Shown one piece after another: positions 27,663 through 38,380 of a stretch of DNA of 64,000 bases (position 1 is the first letter of the stretch; each line of letters begins with the position of its first letter). Origin of the DNA: Eledone cirrhosa (lineage: Eukaryota); NCBI GenBank assembly GCA_964016885.1, contig OZ024740.1, positions 341,620,001 to 341,684,000 on the forward strand, given 5' to 3'. Below the pieces are notes generated by a model, which saw only the letters and a program-made list of their open reading frames with translations, had not been told where the DNA came from and did not search any database. Made by a program: the position numbers and the translations under genes.

Positions 27663-28030
27663 TCTTCTTCTTCTTCTTTGCCCACAAATTCCTGAGAGGG
27701 TCGTGGGGTAAGAGTCGTCAAACATTCCTTCCATCAGGTTCTGTCAGAAACAACCATCTCCAACTGATCCAGCTGGGTCCCTAAGCAAGACCAGCCAAGC
27801 TCATGGATATAATCCAATCATCTTGCTTGGGGTCTACCCCTGGGTCTCCTTCCGGTTGGTTTTGCCTGTAAAATCTGTCCAGAGATTCTTTCCTGAGACA
27901 TTCTAGCCACATGCCCGTAGTATTGGAGCTGTGATCTCTTAATTCAGAGAAGTAGTGGCTCTACCTCGACTGACTCGTTGATCTCTGAGCCATGCACTCT
28001 ATTGAGTAAAGTTACTCCAAAGACTATTTG
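27663..28030 (-). mobile_element. Second RTE family, 3' fragment with (GAA)n tail
   Basis: Minus strand reads RSQLQYYGHVARMSQERISGQILQAKPTGRRPRGRP. A homologue lies at 52264-52870. Confidence 0.8.
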
Positions 28031-28069
28031 GCCACTTGTATTTATATATACATACATATATATATATGT

Positions 28070-28200
28070 GTATCCCAGGTTCTATCGGGAGTAACCACAG
28101 TAAAAAGGTACTCAATACATAGCAGAGTATAAATATTTAATATAGAAATGGCTTCTGACGATTTCCTCTGAATGAAACAGTTCTAGTCCTGTAGAAGCCA

Positions 28201-28208
<8 letters not shown>
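28070..28208. mobile_element. Hammerhead-bearing fold-back element in (TA)n
   Basis: atggctt-CTGACGA-tttcctctgaat-GAAAC-agttctagtcct-GTA-gaagccat (28148-28201). TTGAGTACC lies on the minus strand at 28107-28115. Confidence 0.6.
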
Positions 28209-28230
<22 letters not shown>

Positions 28231-28234
<4 letters not shown>

Positions 28235-28370
28235 AGGTTCATTCAGGAAGTTCTGAGACTTCTTCAGGAGAAACATTTATGAATTTCAAAGAAGTACAAA
28301 ACTAATCTTTTTCAAAGTATGATCCTCTGAGTTTTATGCACTTGCAGTGCTCCAACCACTTTGTGAAGAT
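28231..28370. mobile_element. Mariner-like terminal fragment
   Basis: TA-caaggttcattcaggaagttc terminus followed by ttttcaaagtat..cctctg..tatgcactt, typical of mariner ends. Confidence 0.4.
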
Positions 28371-29244
28371 CCTTCCTATCACCAACCACTTTACAGTGTG
28401 GATTGGGTGCATTATTTGTGCCACCAGTACAGAAATTGTCTTACTGGACTCATGAGTTCTCGCTACCCTATATCAATTTATATTTGGAGTGTCTACTCTC
28501 CTAGATGAGTTGCCTTCACTACAGCTTACAGGCTCCATGTCTGCCCCATACAATCATTTTTAATCGGAGCCTCTGTTCTCCTAGATGTGTTGCCTTCACT
28601 GCGGCTTATGGAGTTCTCCTCTGTCCTCACCAGTTGTTTTTTTTTTAAATCAGAGTCAGTAGACAAGCTGCCTTCATTACAGCTATGGGGTCCGCATCTG
28701 CCCTGAGGAGTCATTTATAATTAGAGTTTTCCCCATCCTTGACAATCTGCCTTCTCAATAAACTACAAAACTCAACATCTCTGTACAATCTTAATTTTAC
28801 TTTACTCAGAACGACTGCTCTCTTAGATACTTGTCTACATTGGACAAAAGAGTAGTAATTTAACATTGGTGATGTAAGAGGTAAGTAGGGAAAACAACAG
28901 ACAGGAAAATGATGGAATGAGGTGAGGGGGAGTAAGGCCATATCTGACAAACAACAATCTGGAACGTCATGAATAGGGGGTAGGGGAGAGGTACGTCATG
29001 ACGTTAGAACAAGAAGCTGCAATAAATATAAATAAATATATATAAATTTAAATATAAATAAATATCAATAAGTATAAATAAATATAAACAAGTATAAACA
29101 AACATAAATACTAAGTCAAACAATTAGGGTTTATATGTCTTACATGTTTGATTATTTTCTTAGTCACAAAAACATGCATTGTAGCTATTAACTTTACTCG
29201 TATGAAGATTCATAATCATATATACATAAGGATATATATATATA

Positions 29245-29384
29245 TATAGATGTGTAAAATCCTGATCGCAGTGCCAAGCGGTTTCAGGGTTTTACACATC
29301 TCTATATCCACTCTACATCTTCCCATGTATCAAGTACTCACATGTTTAGTGGTCTCCTTGATCTCAGCATTGCAGACTCTATTC
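29245..29384. mobile_element. Fold-back element with half-hammerhead (family of 38205-38380)
   Basis: IR 29245-29265/29284-29306. Minus strand reads GAAACCGCTTGGCACTGCGATC. The tail matches the reverse complement of 38210-38300. Confidence 0.6.
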
Positions 29385-29411
29385 ATATATATATATATAT
29401 ATATCTGTGTA

Positions 29412-29464
<53 letters not shown>

Positions 29465-29567
29465 ATATATATAAGTATAAAGTAAGTGTTCAAGTGCAGA
29501 AATGCTTTAAAGACAGCTTATAAAATAGGGGGAAGACTCTTAAAAGGGGGAAAAAGAAGTTGCCATC

Positions 29568-29640
29568 GGCTGCTATGAGGAAATGAACCCCGTATCTTCC
29601 AGATATTGGCTAGACGCTTTAACCGTTAAGCTAAGGAGCC
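29568..29640 (-). pseudogene. tRNA-like sequence (Thr-like scaffold, AAT in the anticodon position); pseudogene or SINE head
   Basis: GGCTCCTTAGCTTAACGGTTAAAGCGTCTAGCCAATATCTGGAAGATACGGGGTTCATTTCCTCATAGCAGCC, 73 nt. It has an A box, a 6/7 acceptor stem and an anticodon stem TCTAG/CTGGA, but a damaged T loop. Confidence 0.6.
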
Positions 29641-29977
29641 ATGACAAATTTCTTCCTTCATTTTAGCTAAGTAACTGGACAACAGCTTTCAGATGTCAGC
29701 AGGCAGGCAGAGAGGGTGACAGACAGACATCTGTGTGTAAACAAATAGTATACAAAGCTGAATGTTTGGCTTTTTGAAGCACTGAGAATATCATCATCAT
29801 CATTTAACGTCCATTTTCTGTGCTAGCATGGGTAGGACGGGCTGTCCCTTTGTGAGCGATCAGAACGGAGGACCATGTTTCGCTCACACAGAACTGATTC
29901 TGGCTTGGTTTCTATGGCTGGATGCCCTTCCTAATGCCAACCATATTTTTAGTGTATACATATATATATATATATAT

Positions 29978-30178
29978 CCTTATGTAGTTTACGGATGATG
30001 GAAAAGACTACTCAATACCAAATTAGAGCTTAAATATACATTTATTATAGCTAAGTAGTAAGTCACACTACTCTGGAATTTCACCCGCACAGCTTCATCA
30101 GACAAGACTAATGATCCTGTGAGTGCACAGGTGAAACTCCAGAGTAACAAGACTCACCACTCAGCCACAATAAATGAA
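29978..30178. mobile_element. Fold-back element with two divergent hammerhead motifs, in (TA)n
   Basis: Plus: CTaATGA-t-cctgtg-agtg-cacagg-t-GAAAC-TCCAGA-GTA-acaagac (30108-30153). Minus: gtcttgt-CTGATGA...GAAA (30062-30108). TTGAGTAG lies on the minus strand at ~30008-30015. Confidence 0.65.
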
Positions 30179-30339
30179 TATATATATATATGTGTGTATG
30201 TGTGTGTGTATGTATACATATATTCAGTATTACAAAAAAAAACAAGGTTAACAACTTACATTCATTTCAGTTGGGAGGGGGCATGGGGATGGGTAAGGTC
30301 AGATGTTATACTGGTAGACAGGTTTTCTCCAGTACAGCA

Positions 30340-30668
30340 TGTTTTGAATTCTCACAGTTCTTTGTCGTCTCTGTTGTGAGGTTCAATTTATTAAGGCTGG
30401 TCTTCTTGAGTCTGCCCCTTCCAAGCCACTGAGATTTCTCTGGATTTCTTTATAGAGCTGTCATCTTCCATATGCATGGCAATATGCACATGGCAATACC
30501 AATACAATCTTCTCTCTTGCACACTATATCCAATTCCTCTTATGCCAAGTTTTTCTCTCACCTCGTTTATGCTAAATCATTCATGCACACTAACTTTACA
30601 CATCCACTGGAGCACACTTGCTCATTTCTTTCTAGTCTTCACAGGTCTTCTGCAGTCAAGGCCCATGA
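30340..30668 (-). mobile_element. Degenerate RTE fragment
   Basis: Similar to the WYCH..EDDS..GRGRLKKT region of RTE. Confidence 0.5.
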
Positions 30669-30688
30669 ATATATATATATATATATAT

Positions 30689-31266
30689 AATTATAATAAA
30701 ATAACAGGAGGCTGGACTTGTGTAAATCCTTGAAAGGTTTATTATACTATGATCATTTCAATGACCGGGTTCCGTATGAATCCAGTGATATCATCAGGTA
30801 TTCGAAATATAATAAATGAATGTAACAGATAAAATCCATGGGGCTGAAAATCATAGATCCGAGGACAAACGACCATCTAGCATTTTCCACTTTAGCCGGA
30901 CGACCGACCATCTAGCATCTTCCACTTTAACCGGCTAAAGTGGAAGATGCTAGATGGTCGGTCGTCCTCGGCTCTATGATTTTCAGCCCCATGGATTTTA
31001 TCTGTTACATTCATTTATTATATTTCGAATACCTGATGATATCACCGGATTCATACGGAACCCGGTCATTGAAATGATCATAGTATAATAAACCTTTCAA
31101 GGATTTACACAAGTCCAGCCTCCTGTCATTTTATTTACAATAATTAACTCCGTATTAGCACTACCAACTACACAAATGAAGACGGTTGAGCTGCTTTACG
31201 TTGAGTACTCTCCATATTATTACATCAAGATTGACCATACGGAATGACCAACTCTATCCAACTCTA
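30689..31266. mobile_element. Large near-perfect fold-back (arms ~210 bp) with an intact hammerhead in each arm and a TTGAGTACTC tail
   Basis: 30689-30898 is the reverse complement of 30931-31145. The centre has a ~34-bp tandem duplication. The element is flanked by (TA)n. Confidence 0.8.
31029..31086 (+). ncRNA. Minimal type I hammerhead ribozyme motif (mirror copy on - strand at ~30744-30801)
   Basis: atac-CTGATGA-tatc-accggattc-atacg-gaacccggt-catt-GAAA-TGATCA-TA-gtat. Helix I is atac/gtat, helix III is palindromic ATGATCAT, and the triplet is AUA. Confidence 0.72.
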
Positions 31267-32212
31267 TATATATATATATATATATACTAATATAGTACAA
31301 AACCAATATACCTACTGGAAACTACACATTGATTGCTCACTCTGGTGAACCTACAGTAACCGGACATTACAACCCCTTAAAAAATATACATATAGACATC
31401 ATACAATGTAATTTACTTTGTACATTAAAATCTAACAATGTTTCATACAAATTGTCTTACTACAAATTTAAATATCTATCTATTGATATATTATTGTCAT
31501 CATCATTTTGCATGCCGGCATGAGTTGGATGGGTTCGTATGGTCTGAGACTAAATGAGTCAGAGGCCATGTTTTGCTCATATGTTTCATCCAACTTTGAC
31601 ATAATTTTTACTGCAGGATGCCCTTTCTACTATTACCAACTACTTTACTGAATATACTGGGTGCATTTGATCATGGCACCAGCAGTAGCACTTTGCATGT
31701 TGTATTAGGTGCATTTTACCATGACACTAACACTACTTCTTTACAGAGTGTATTGGGTGTATTTTATCATGGCACCAGCACTACTACTTTACTGAATATA
31801 CTGTGCCTATGGGAAGGCAGGTTTTTTGTATTAACGCCAGAGATCCCAATCTTGTGTCATTGTCTTCAGTGTATTTTTTTGTGGCTCTATCTTTGGATAT
31901 TTTGGCTGCCATATTAGCAAACTTCTTTGTATATGTATGCATGTATTATCTGAAGGCCTTGTTAGTAAACTTCTTCAGCTTGTTCACATACACACACACA
32001 TACACATACATGTCAGATATACACATATGTCTGTGCATTTCACATCTTCAGACACACACACACACTTAAATATCAGCACAATAGTAAATATGTGCCACAA
32101 TAAGCTACGTATTTCTATTCCCCTCTGGATTTACAACTGATAAGCTGTAATTGTATAATTAGGGAGGTATATTAATAAGGTTTATATCTTATGTATGCCA
32201 TAGCTCAGCAAA

Positions 32213-32277
<65 letters not shown>

Positions 32278-32559
32278 CTCTCTCTCTCTCACACACACTC
32301 TCTCTCTCTCACTCTCTTCATAGCTTTTGTTCAGATAAGGCACGAATGTGATTTGTGGTGACAGTTTTCAGGGACTCCTGCGATATATCAGCAGGAGCAC
32401 AGTTTTAGTGTAGTTTAGTGTAATGAATCCAGCTATATTTATCATGAATACATAAAGATATAGTTGTACACATACATTCATCTTGTTGGTGTTATTGTTA
32501 CACTCCCTGTCAGTCCCAAAGATGAATGTTCTAGTTTTTTGTCTAAAGGAAATCCAGAT

Positions 32560-32822
32560 TGTGAAATTAACGTGCAAGCAAGTGGCTGAGCATTCCACAG
32601 GCATGTGCACCCTTAGCATAATTCTCAGAGAGATTTAGCATCACATTTTCTGTGACAAGGCTGACTTTTTTAATAGCAGGTACAACTCACTTTTGCCAGC
32701 AGAGTGGACTGGATTAATGTGAAACAAAGTATCTTGCTCAAGGATACAGCATGTTGTCAGGAATCAAACACATAACATGAAGATTGTGAACTGAACACCA
32801 TAACCACTAAGTCACATGCATT
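32560..32822 (-). mobile_element. tRNA-derived SINE
   Basis: tRNA-like head at the right end, ttgagcaagatac core. Shares sequence with 1300-1790. Confidence 0.55.
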
Positions 32823-33072
32823 CACTCATACATATATGCATTAAAGTTTGAATGAAATATGAAAAGTTTGTACTATAAAATAGAATGATACACTTAGATG
32901 GTATTATGAAGTATAATGTTTGTGTTTGTAATAGATATATTTCCATGCATCAGCTATATCCTAAAGCAAAGATATTTAAAATGTGTTGATAAGGCAATAA
33001 TTTAAATTAGCAGCATTCATATATGAACTTGTATGAGAAACTTTTGCTACTTCAAGTGGCTATATGAATTGA

Positions 33073-33256
33073 TAATTGTTTCTACTTTAGGCACAAGGCC
33101 AGCAATTACCCAGTACATTACTGGTACTTTATTTTATCGACCCCATAAGGATGAAAGGCAAAGTCAACCTCGGCGGGATTTGAACTCAGATCATAAAGGG
33201 ACGTAACTATGCTGGAAAGCATGGCGTCCGACCCTCTACCGATACTGCCAATCCAC
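33073..33256 (-). mobile_element. SINE with Meta/MESC-type core
   Basis: Reverse complement of 6174-6364. Confidence 0.82.
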
Positions 33257-33740
33257 AATAACACTCTAACAGATATGCTGAGTCCTTACTCTCCAAGACC
33301 CCAATTTGTGGGAATTTTTTTGCCTTCAGGCATTGGTTTTTCAAAAGGAAAGGAACCAATCATTAGATTGGACAAAGGAAACAATGTTTTCATTAGCCTT
33401 TCCATTGCTGAAACTATCTGGCAGTTGCAGCTCCTGGCAGAAGGGGAAACATAATGTATTTTGTTCAAGAACCCAATATGTCGCCTGGTCCAGGAATCAA
33501 AACTGTGACCTTGTGATTGGAAGTCTGACACCAGAACCACTAGGCCACATAAATCTATATGTGCATGTGTGTGTGGCCCCATTGCGTAACATTCCATATT
33601 TAGGTATTTGTGTTCTCACATGTAGACACACGTCCTTTACGATAGTGTTGTGTCCCTAAACAAAGTTTATTTCCTTTAATAGTTACAATGTAATTTATCT
33701 GCAGTATGTATACGATGAGATATGATTAAAATGTGTGTGT

Positions 33741-34225
33741 ATCATCATCATTTTACGTCCGCTTTTTCCCTGCTTGCAAGGGTGGGACAGGAACTGATTC
33801 TGGCTTGATTTCTACAGCTGGATGCCCTTCCTAACACCAACCACATTTACAGTGAGTGCTGGGTGCTTTTTTTTTGCCGTGGCACCTCCACGACCACTTT
33901 TCAGTGGAATGATAGGGACCCCAGACCCTATCATCTCATTTCTACAGCTGAGTAAACTGGAGCAATGTGAAATAAAGTGTCTTGCTCAAGACACTTTGCT
34001 CCAGTTTACTCAGCTGTAGAAATGAGATGATAGGGACTGGGGTCCCTATCATTCCACTGCAAAAGTGGTCGTGGAGGTGCCACGGCAAAAAAGCACCCAG
34101 CACTCACTGTAAATGAGGTTGGTGTTAGGAAGGGCATCCAGCTGTAGAAATCAAGCCAGAATCAGTTCCCGTCCCACCCTTGCAAGCAGGGAAAAGTGGA
34201 CGTGAAATGATGATGATGATGATGA
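33741..34225. mobile_element. Head-to-head palindrome of two 5'-truncated SINE copies (family of 62931-63260)
   Basis: 33741-33965 is the reverse complement of 33996-34225, with (GAT)n tails pointing outward. Confidence 0.88.
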
Positions 34226-34485
34226 TATGTGAAGTAATTCCGTCGGAAAGGTACTGGTATGTGTATTACTAGATGTGTATTTTTATGTATATATATTTAT
34301 GTATATGCACATCTCGTGTTTTTTTTCTTATTACCTCATGTATATGTATGTGTATGTATTTTTGTCCCTGTCTGTAGTCGCATATACGCTTATGTGAATA
34401 AGTATACGTCTACATACTTTTTAAGTATATGCGCGTGGTTGTGAGTGTGTGTATGTTTTTGTTCTCGATATTTATTGTTTATTTA

Positions 34486-36113
34486 TCATCATCATCATCA
34501 TCATCATCGTTTAACGTCTGTGTTCCACGCTTGCATGGGTTTGGACGGGAGTTTTCCCACTTGAGGCAAGAGTGATTGTCTTGCTCGCATAGGACTGTCT
34601 GGCGGGTTTTCTACAGCTGGATGCCCTTCCTAACACCAACCACATTTACAGTGTGGGCTGGGAGGTTTTTACCGTGTTGCCTACACGGCCACATTACAGC
34701 GTGGACTGTGTGTTTTTTTTGTCGTGACACCTACACGATCTCATTTGTTTCGGCCTGGATGGTGTGGCACCAATATAACTTTACATTGAAAGGGGCGGTG
34801 TGGATGGGGTGGGGGTGGTGGGACGGGGGAGTATTTTGTTAGAGATGCCTACTGACTGTAGTAGGTTTTACTTTGTATTTAGGTAAGGCGGGTCTTCTCT
34901 ATTACTGAGTACCGCCAAAGGTCTCGGTCCAGTGACATTGTCTTGGAGAGGTGTAAGTGTGTGAGGTCGGAATTTATCAGCTCGTCCCAGGTTTTTCTGG
35001 GTCTGCCTACTCCGTAGCTACCGTCTATCTTTATTGCCCTGCACTTTGTTATACAGCTGTCGTCTTTCATGCGCATCACGTGACCATACCAACGTAGCCT
35101 TCTCTCGAGTAAACAACATCTGATCCCTCTTATTTCTAATTTTTTCCTTAGTTCGCTTATGCTTTGCCATTCACGTATATTACTATTACACATCCAGCGG
35201 AGCATGCAAGCTTCGTTCCTCTCCAGTCTGCGTATATCCTCTGCACACAATGCCCAGGTCTCACTGCCATGCAACATTGCTGTTCGTATGCAGGCATCAT
35301 ACAACCTGCCTTTCATTTTTAGGGAGAACCCTTTAGCGGCTAATAGTGGCATAAGCTCTCTGAACTTTTTCCATCCAGTTCTGACTCTAGCTACTGTACT
35401 TTCAGAGCACCCTCCCCCACTGCTGATTTTGTCACCCAGGTAACGGAAGCTGTCCACTATTTCTATAGAACCCTCTGCGCAATTGAAAGAGCTAGTATTT
35501 TGTGGGCACTTGCTGCTACTTATTGCACCAGAGCACCGGCCACATGTAAAATCTATGTTCTTAGTTAGCTTACCTGTGATCCCACTACATCTTTTATGCA
35601 CCCATACTTTGCATTTGGGACATAAAATGAAGTTTCTGCCTACTCCTTTCCTACACACTGAGCATGGCCATTTCCCAGATGGGACCAGTGCCCTATTTTC
35701 CTTCCTACAAACTAGAACTTTAGTCTTAGCCAGGTTAATTTTAAGGCCTTTTGATTCTAGGCCGTGCTTCCATGTTTGGAATTTCTTCTCTAGCTCGGCC
35801 ATTGATTCAGCTATGAGCATTAGATCATCTGTGTATAGGAGTTCCCATGGGCAGCCGGTCTTGAACTCCACTGTTATAGCCTGAAGGGCAATAATAAATA
35901 GTAGGGGGCTAAGAACAGAGCCCTGATGAACACCAACTTTTACACTAAACTCTTCACTATGTTCGTTGTTAATTCTAACCTTGCTGACTGTTTCTTTATA
36001 CATGGCTTGTATAGCTCTCACAAGCCATTCGTCAACACCTAGTTTTCTAAGAGCCCACCAGATAATGGAACGGGGGACTCTGTCGAAGGCTTTCTCCAAG
36101 TCAACAAAAGCTA

Positions 36114-36116
<3 letters not shown>
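34486..36116 (-). mobile_element. Young 5'-truncated RTE LINE
   Basis: Uninterrupted 406-aa ORF and complete 3' UTR with (GAT)n tail. Closely matches 3640-5252. Confidence 0.95.
34879..36099 (-). CDS. RTE reverse transcriptase C-terminal portion with intact C4HC3 PHD-type finger (5'-truncated, YADD>YTDD)
   Basis: EKAFD..GVHQGSVLSP..LLYTDD..CSVC-x10-CPKC-x4-H-x2-C-x14-CGRC..FRYLG..LRWYGHV. Confidence 0.8.
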   Translation of the reverse strand: MEKAFDRVPRSIIWWALRKLGVDEWLVRAIQAMYKETVSKVRINNEHSEEFSVKVGVHQGSVLSPLLFIIALQAITVEFKTGCPWELLYTDDLMLIAESMAELEKKFQTWKHGLESKGLKINLAKTKVLVCRKENRALVPSGKWPCSVCRKGVGRNFILCPKCKVWVHKRCSGITGKLTKNIDFTCGRCSGAISSSKCPQNTSSFNCAEGSIEIVDSFRYLGDKISSGGGCSESTVARVRTGWKKFRELMPLLAAKGFSLKMKGRLYDACIRTAMLHGSETWALCAEDIRRLERNEACMLRWMCNSNIREWQSISELRKKLEIRGIRCCLLERRLRWYGHVMRMKDDSCITKCRAIKIDGSYGVGRPRKTWDELINSDLTHLHLSKTMSLDRDLWRYSVIEKTRLT

Positions 36117-36153
<37 letters not shown>

Positions 36154-36159
<6 letters not shown>

Positions 36160-36588
36160 TCAAGATAAGCAGAACAAGTAAAATTCAACCAATTTTTCAA
36201 AATAAATCAAAATTAATTTACAATTAAAATTAATCAAAATTAAAAAATATAATATAAATATTTACCTATTCAAATGGCCCTTCAAATGGATATTAATGGA
36301 AAAACAAAGATCATTAATATCCATGTGATATCTAATGTTTTGCAAAGTGAAACTGTACAGTAAGGGCCATTTGAATAGGTAAATATTTATATTATATTTT
36401 TTAATTTTGATTAATTTTAATTGTAAATTAATTTTGATTTATTTTGAAAAATTGGTTGAATTTTACTTGTTCTGCTTATCTTGATATATAGTTCTGGTGT
36501 ATCAAATTATTACCATAGAACTACCTTGAATCATAGACAACCTATGTATTTCTGGGGGTACCTTGTACCCTCAGATATATTAACTTTA

Positions 36589-36591
<3 letters not shown>
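36154..36591. mobile_element. Perfect ~129-bp inverted repeat around a half-hammerhead, in (TA)n
   Basis: 36154-36282 is the reverse complement of 36362-36490. GAAAC-TGTACA-GTA lies at 36349-36362. Confidence 0.7.
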
Positions 36592-36649
<58 letters not shown>

Positions 36650-36787
36650 ATTTATATATATTTATATATTTTTATATTATTTTTATTTCCCCTCTTCTTC
36701 TCCGTCCGTTTTTTTCCTCAGCCTCACTTTCATATTTCTTAAATTTTGTTTTCAAATCCATATTTAATAAAAACACCATGCTTTTTA

Positions 36788-36845
36788 TTCATTCTGACGA
36801 CTGAAAACAGATACATCTGCTTTCAAGAAACCACTGGTAAATGAA
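36788..36845 (+). ncRNA. Type I hammerhead ribozyme motif with intact core
   Basis: ttcatt-CTGACGA-c-tgaaa-acagat-ac-atctg-c-tttca-a-GAAAC-CACTG-GTA-aatgaa. It has a 6-bp helix I, a long helix II, helix III ACC/GGT and a GUA triplet. It lies between two (TA)n tracts. Confidence 0.75.
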
Positions 36846-36875
36846 ATAATTATCTCATGTTGTTTATTATATAAC

Positions 36876-36916
<41 letters not shown>

Positions 36917-37388
36917 ACATACCATGATGAAAAGCACCCAGTCCACCCTGTCAGATTGTCATTTTGGTATCACAATTAAAAGTTCCCAGTTCATACAGTA
37001 ACGCAATTGGCGTAAGGAAGGGCATTTAGCTGTAGAAACAAAGCCCAAAACAGATCTGTATAGGCGAAACACAAGCACCTGAACTGACTTGTCTCACAAC
37101 GTGACAACCTGTCTAACCCATACAACCATGGAAAATAGACATTAAACTGTGATGATAATGATATTGATATTGATGATATTGATATCTATACATTCACAGT
37201 TCTGTCTGAGCAAGTTTCCATCTACTAAATTTCACTCACAAGGCATTTGTCAACCCAAAGTGCCATGTAGTGGGAATGAATCTGAAACCACATTGTTTCA
37301 AAGTCAACTCCTTAACCACACAGTTATACTTGAGTCTGAACTAAAAGCACATCTGTGTCCCTTTGCTCTGTTTTATATCCATTATCTT

Positions 37389-37576
37389 GGTGAATTGGCA
37401 GTATTGGTAGAGGGTCGGACACCATGATTTGACGCATAGAGTTACGGCCCTTGCCATTCTGAGTTCAAATCCCGCCGAGGTTAACTTTGCCTTTCATCCT
37501 TATGGGGTCGATAAAATAAAGTACCAGTAATGTACTGGGTAATTGCTGGCCTTGTGCCAATAGTAGAAACAATTAT
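37389..37576 (+). mobile_element. SINE with Meta/MESC-type core
   Basis: Matches 6174-6364. Confidence 0.8.
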
Positions 37577-38204
37577 CTTATTTACACTTGAATTACATCA
37601 CATAATTTCTCTTACACAACCTGCAACAAATTATAGCCATTTTTGCAATTATTTTAAAATGCTACTTTTGACATTTCAATGTCAGTTAACTTGATTACTT
37701 CAAAAGGTCAGAAAATTAGATTTAATATTCAATAATTCTGTAATACTTTCACACTTTTTGTTATATATTATGTTGCTTGTTAAGTACTCCTTTTTCATAT
37801 CTCTTCCTTCCTCTATAAAACTGACTTGATAGCTTATTAAAAGAATCAATTGTTTTTATTAGAATTTCATTTGTAATTTGTATGAATAATAATTGAACTA
37901 TAATTTTTCATGAGTTCCTTATTTTGAAATATAAAAAAAATGGCATAATAGTATTGTATATGTATATACATACATACATACATCACCATTATCACCGTTT
38001 AACATCCATTTTTTCCACGCTAGCATGGATTAGGTGAGTTACCCCGTTGTGAGACAAACCAAGGCCAATGACCATGTTTTGGCTTGGTTTCTATGGCTGA
38101 ATGCCCTTCCTAACATCAACCACTTTACAGTGTGTGCTGGGTGCTAGGCTATACACTGTACATATATATATATATATGTATATAAAGAGAGAGAGGGAGA
38201 GAAA

Positions 38205-38380
38205 GAGAAAGAGTCTGCAGTGCTGAGACCAGGCAGACCACTAATCATGGGAGTACTCAATGCATGGGGAGATGCAGAGTGAGTATAGAGATATCTAAAA
38301 TCCTGACCGTGGCGCCAAGCGGTTTCCTGTTGTGTCAAGCTGAAACCGCTTGGTGTTGCGTTTGGGATGTTAGATTCTCT
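38205..38380 (-). mobile_element. Fold-back element with half-hammerhead and TTGAGTACTC motif
   Basis: Minus strand reads GAAACCGCTTGGCGCCACGGTC (38305-38326; palindrome TGGCGCCA). An inverted copy lies at 38342-38380, and gagtactcaa at 38251-38260. Confidence 0.6.

Noticed and set aside
34792-34830. G-quadruplex-like G-rich run
   Set aside because: It is the antisense of the RTE 3' UTR C-rich tract, with no evidence of a locus-specific role.
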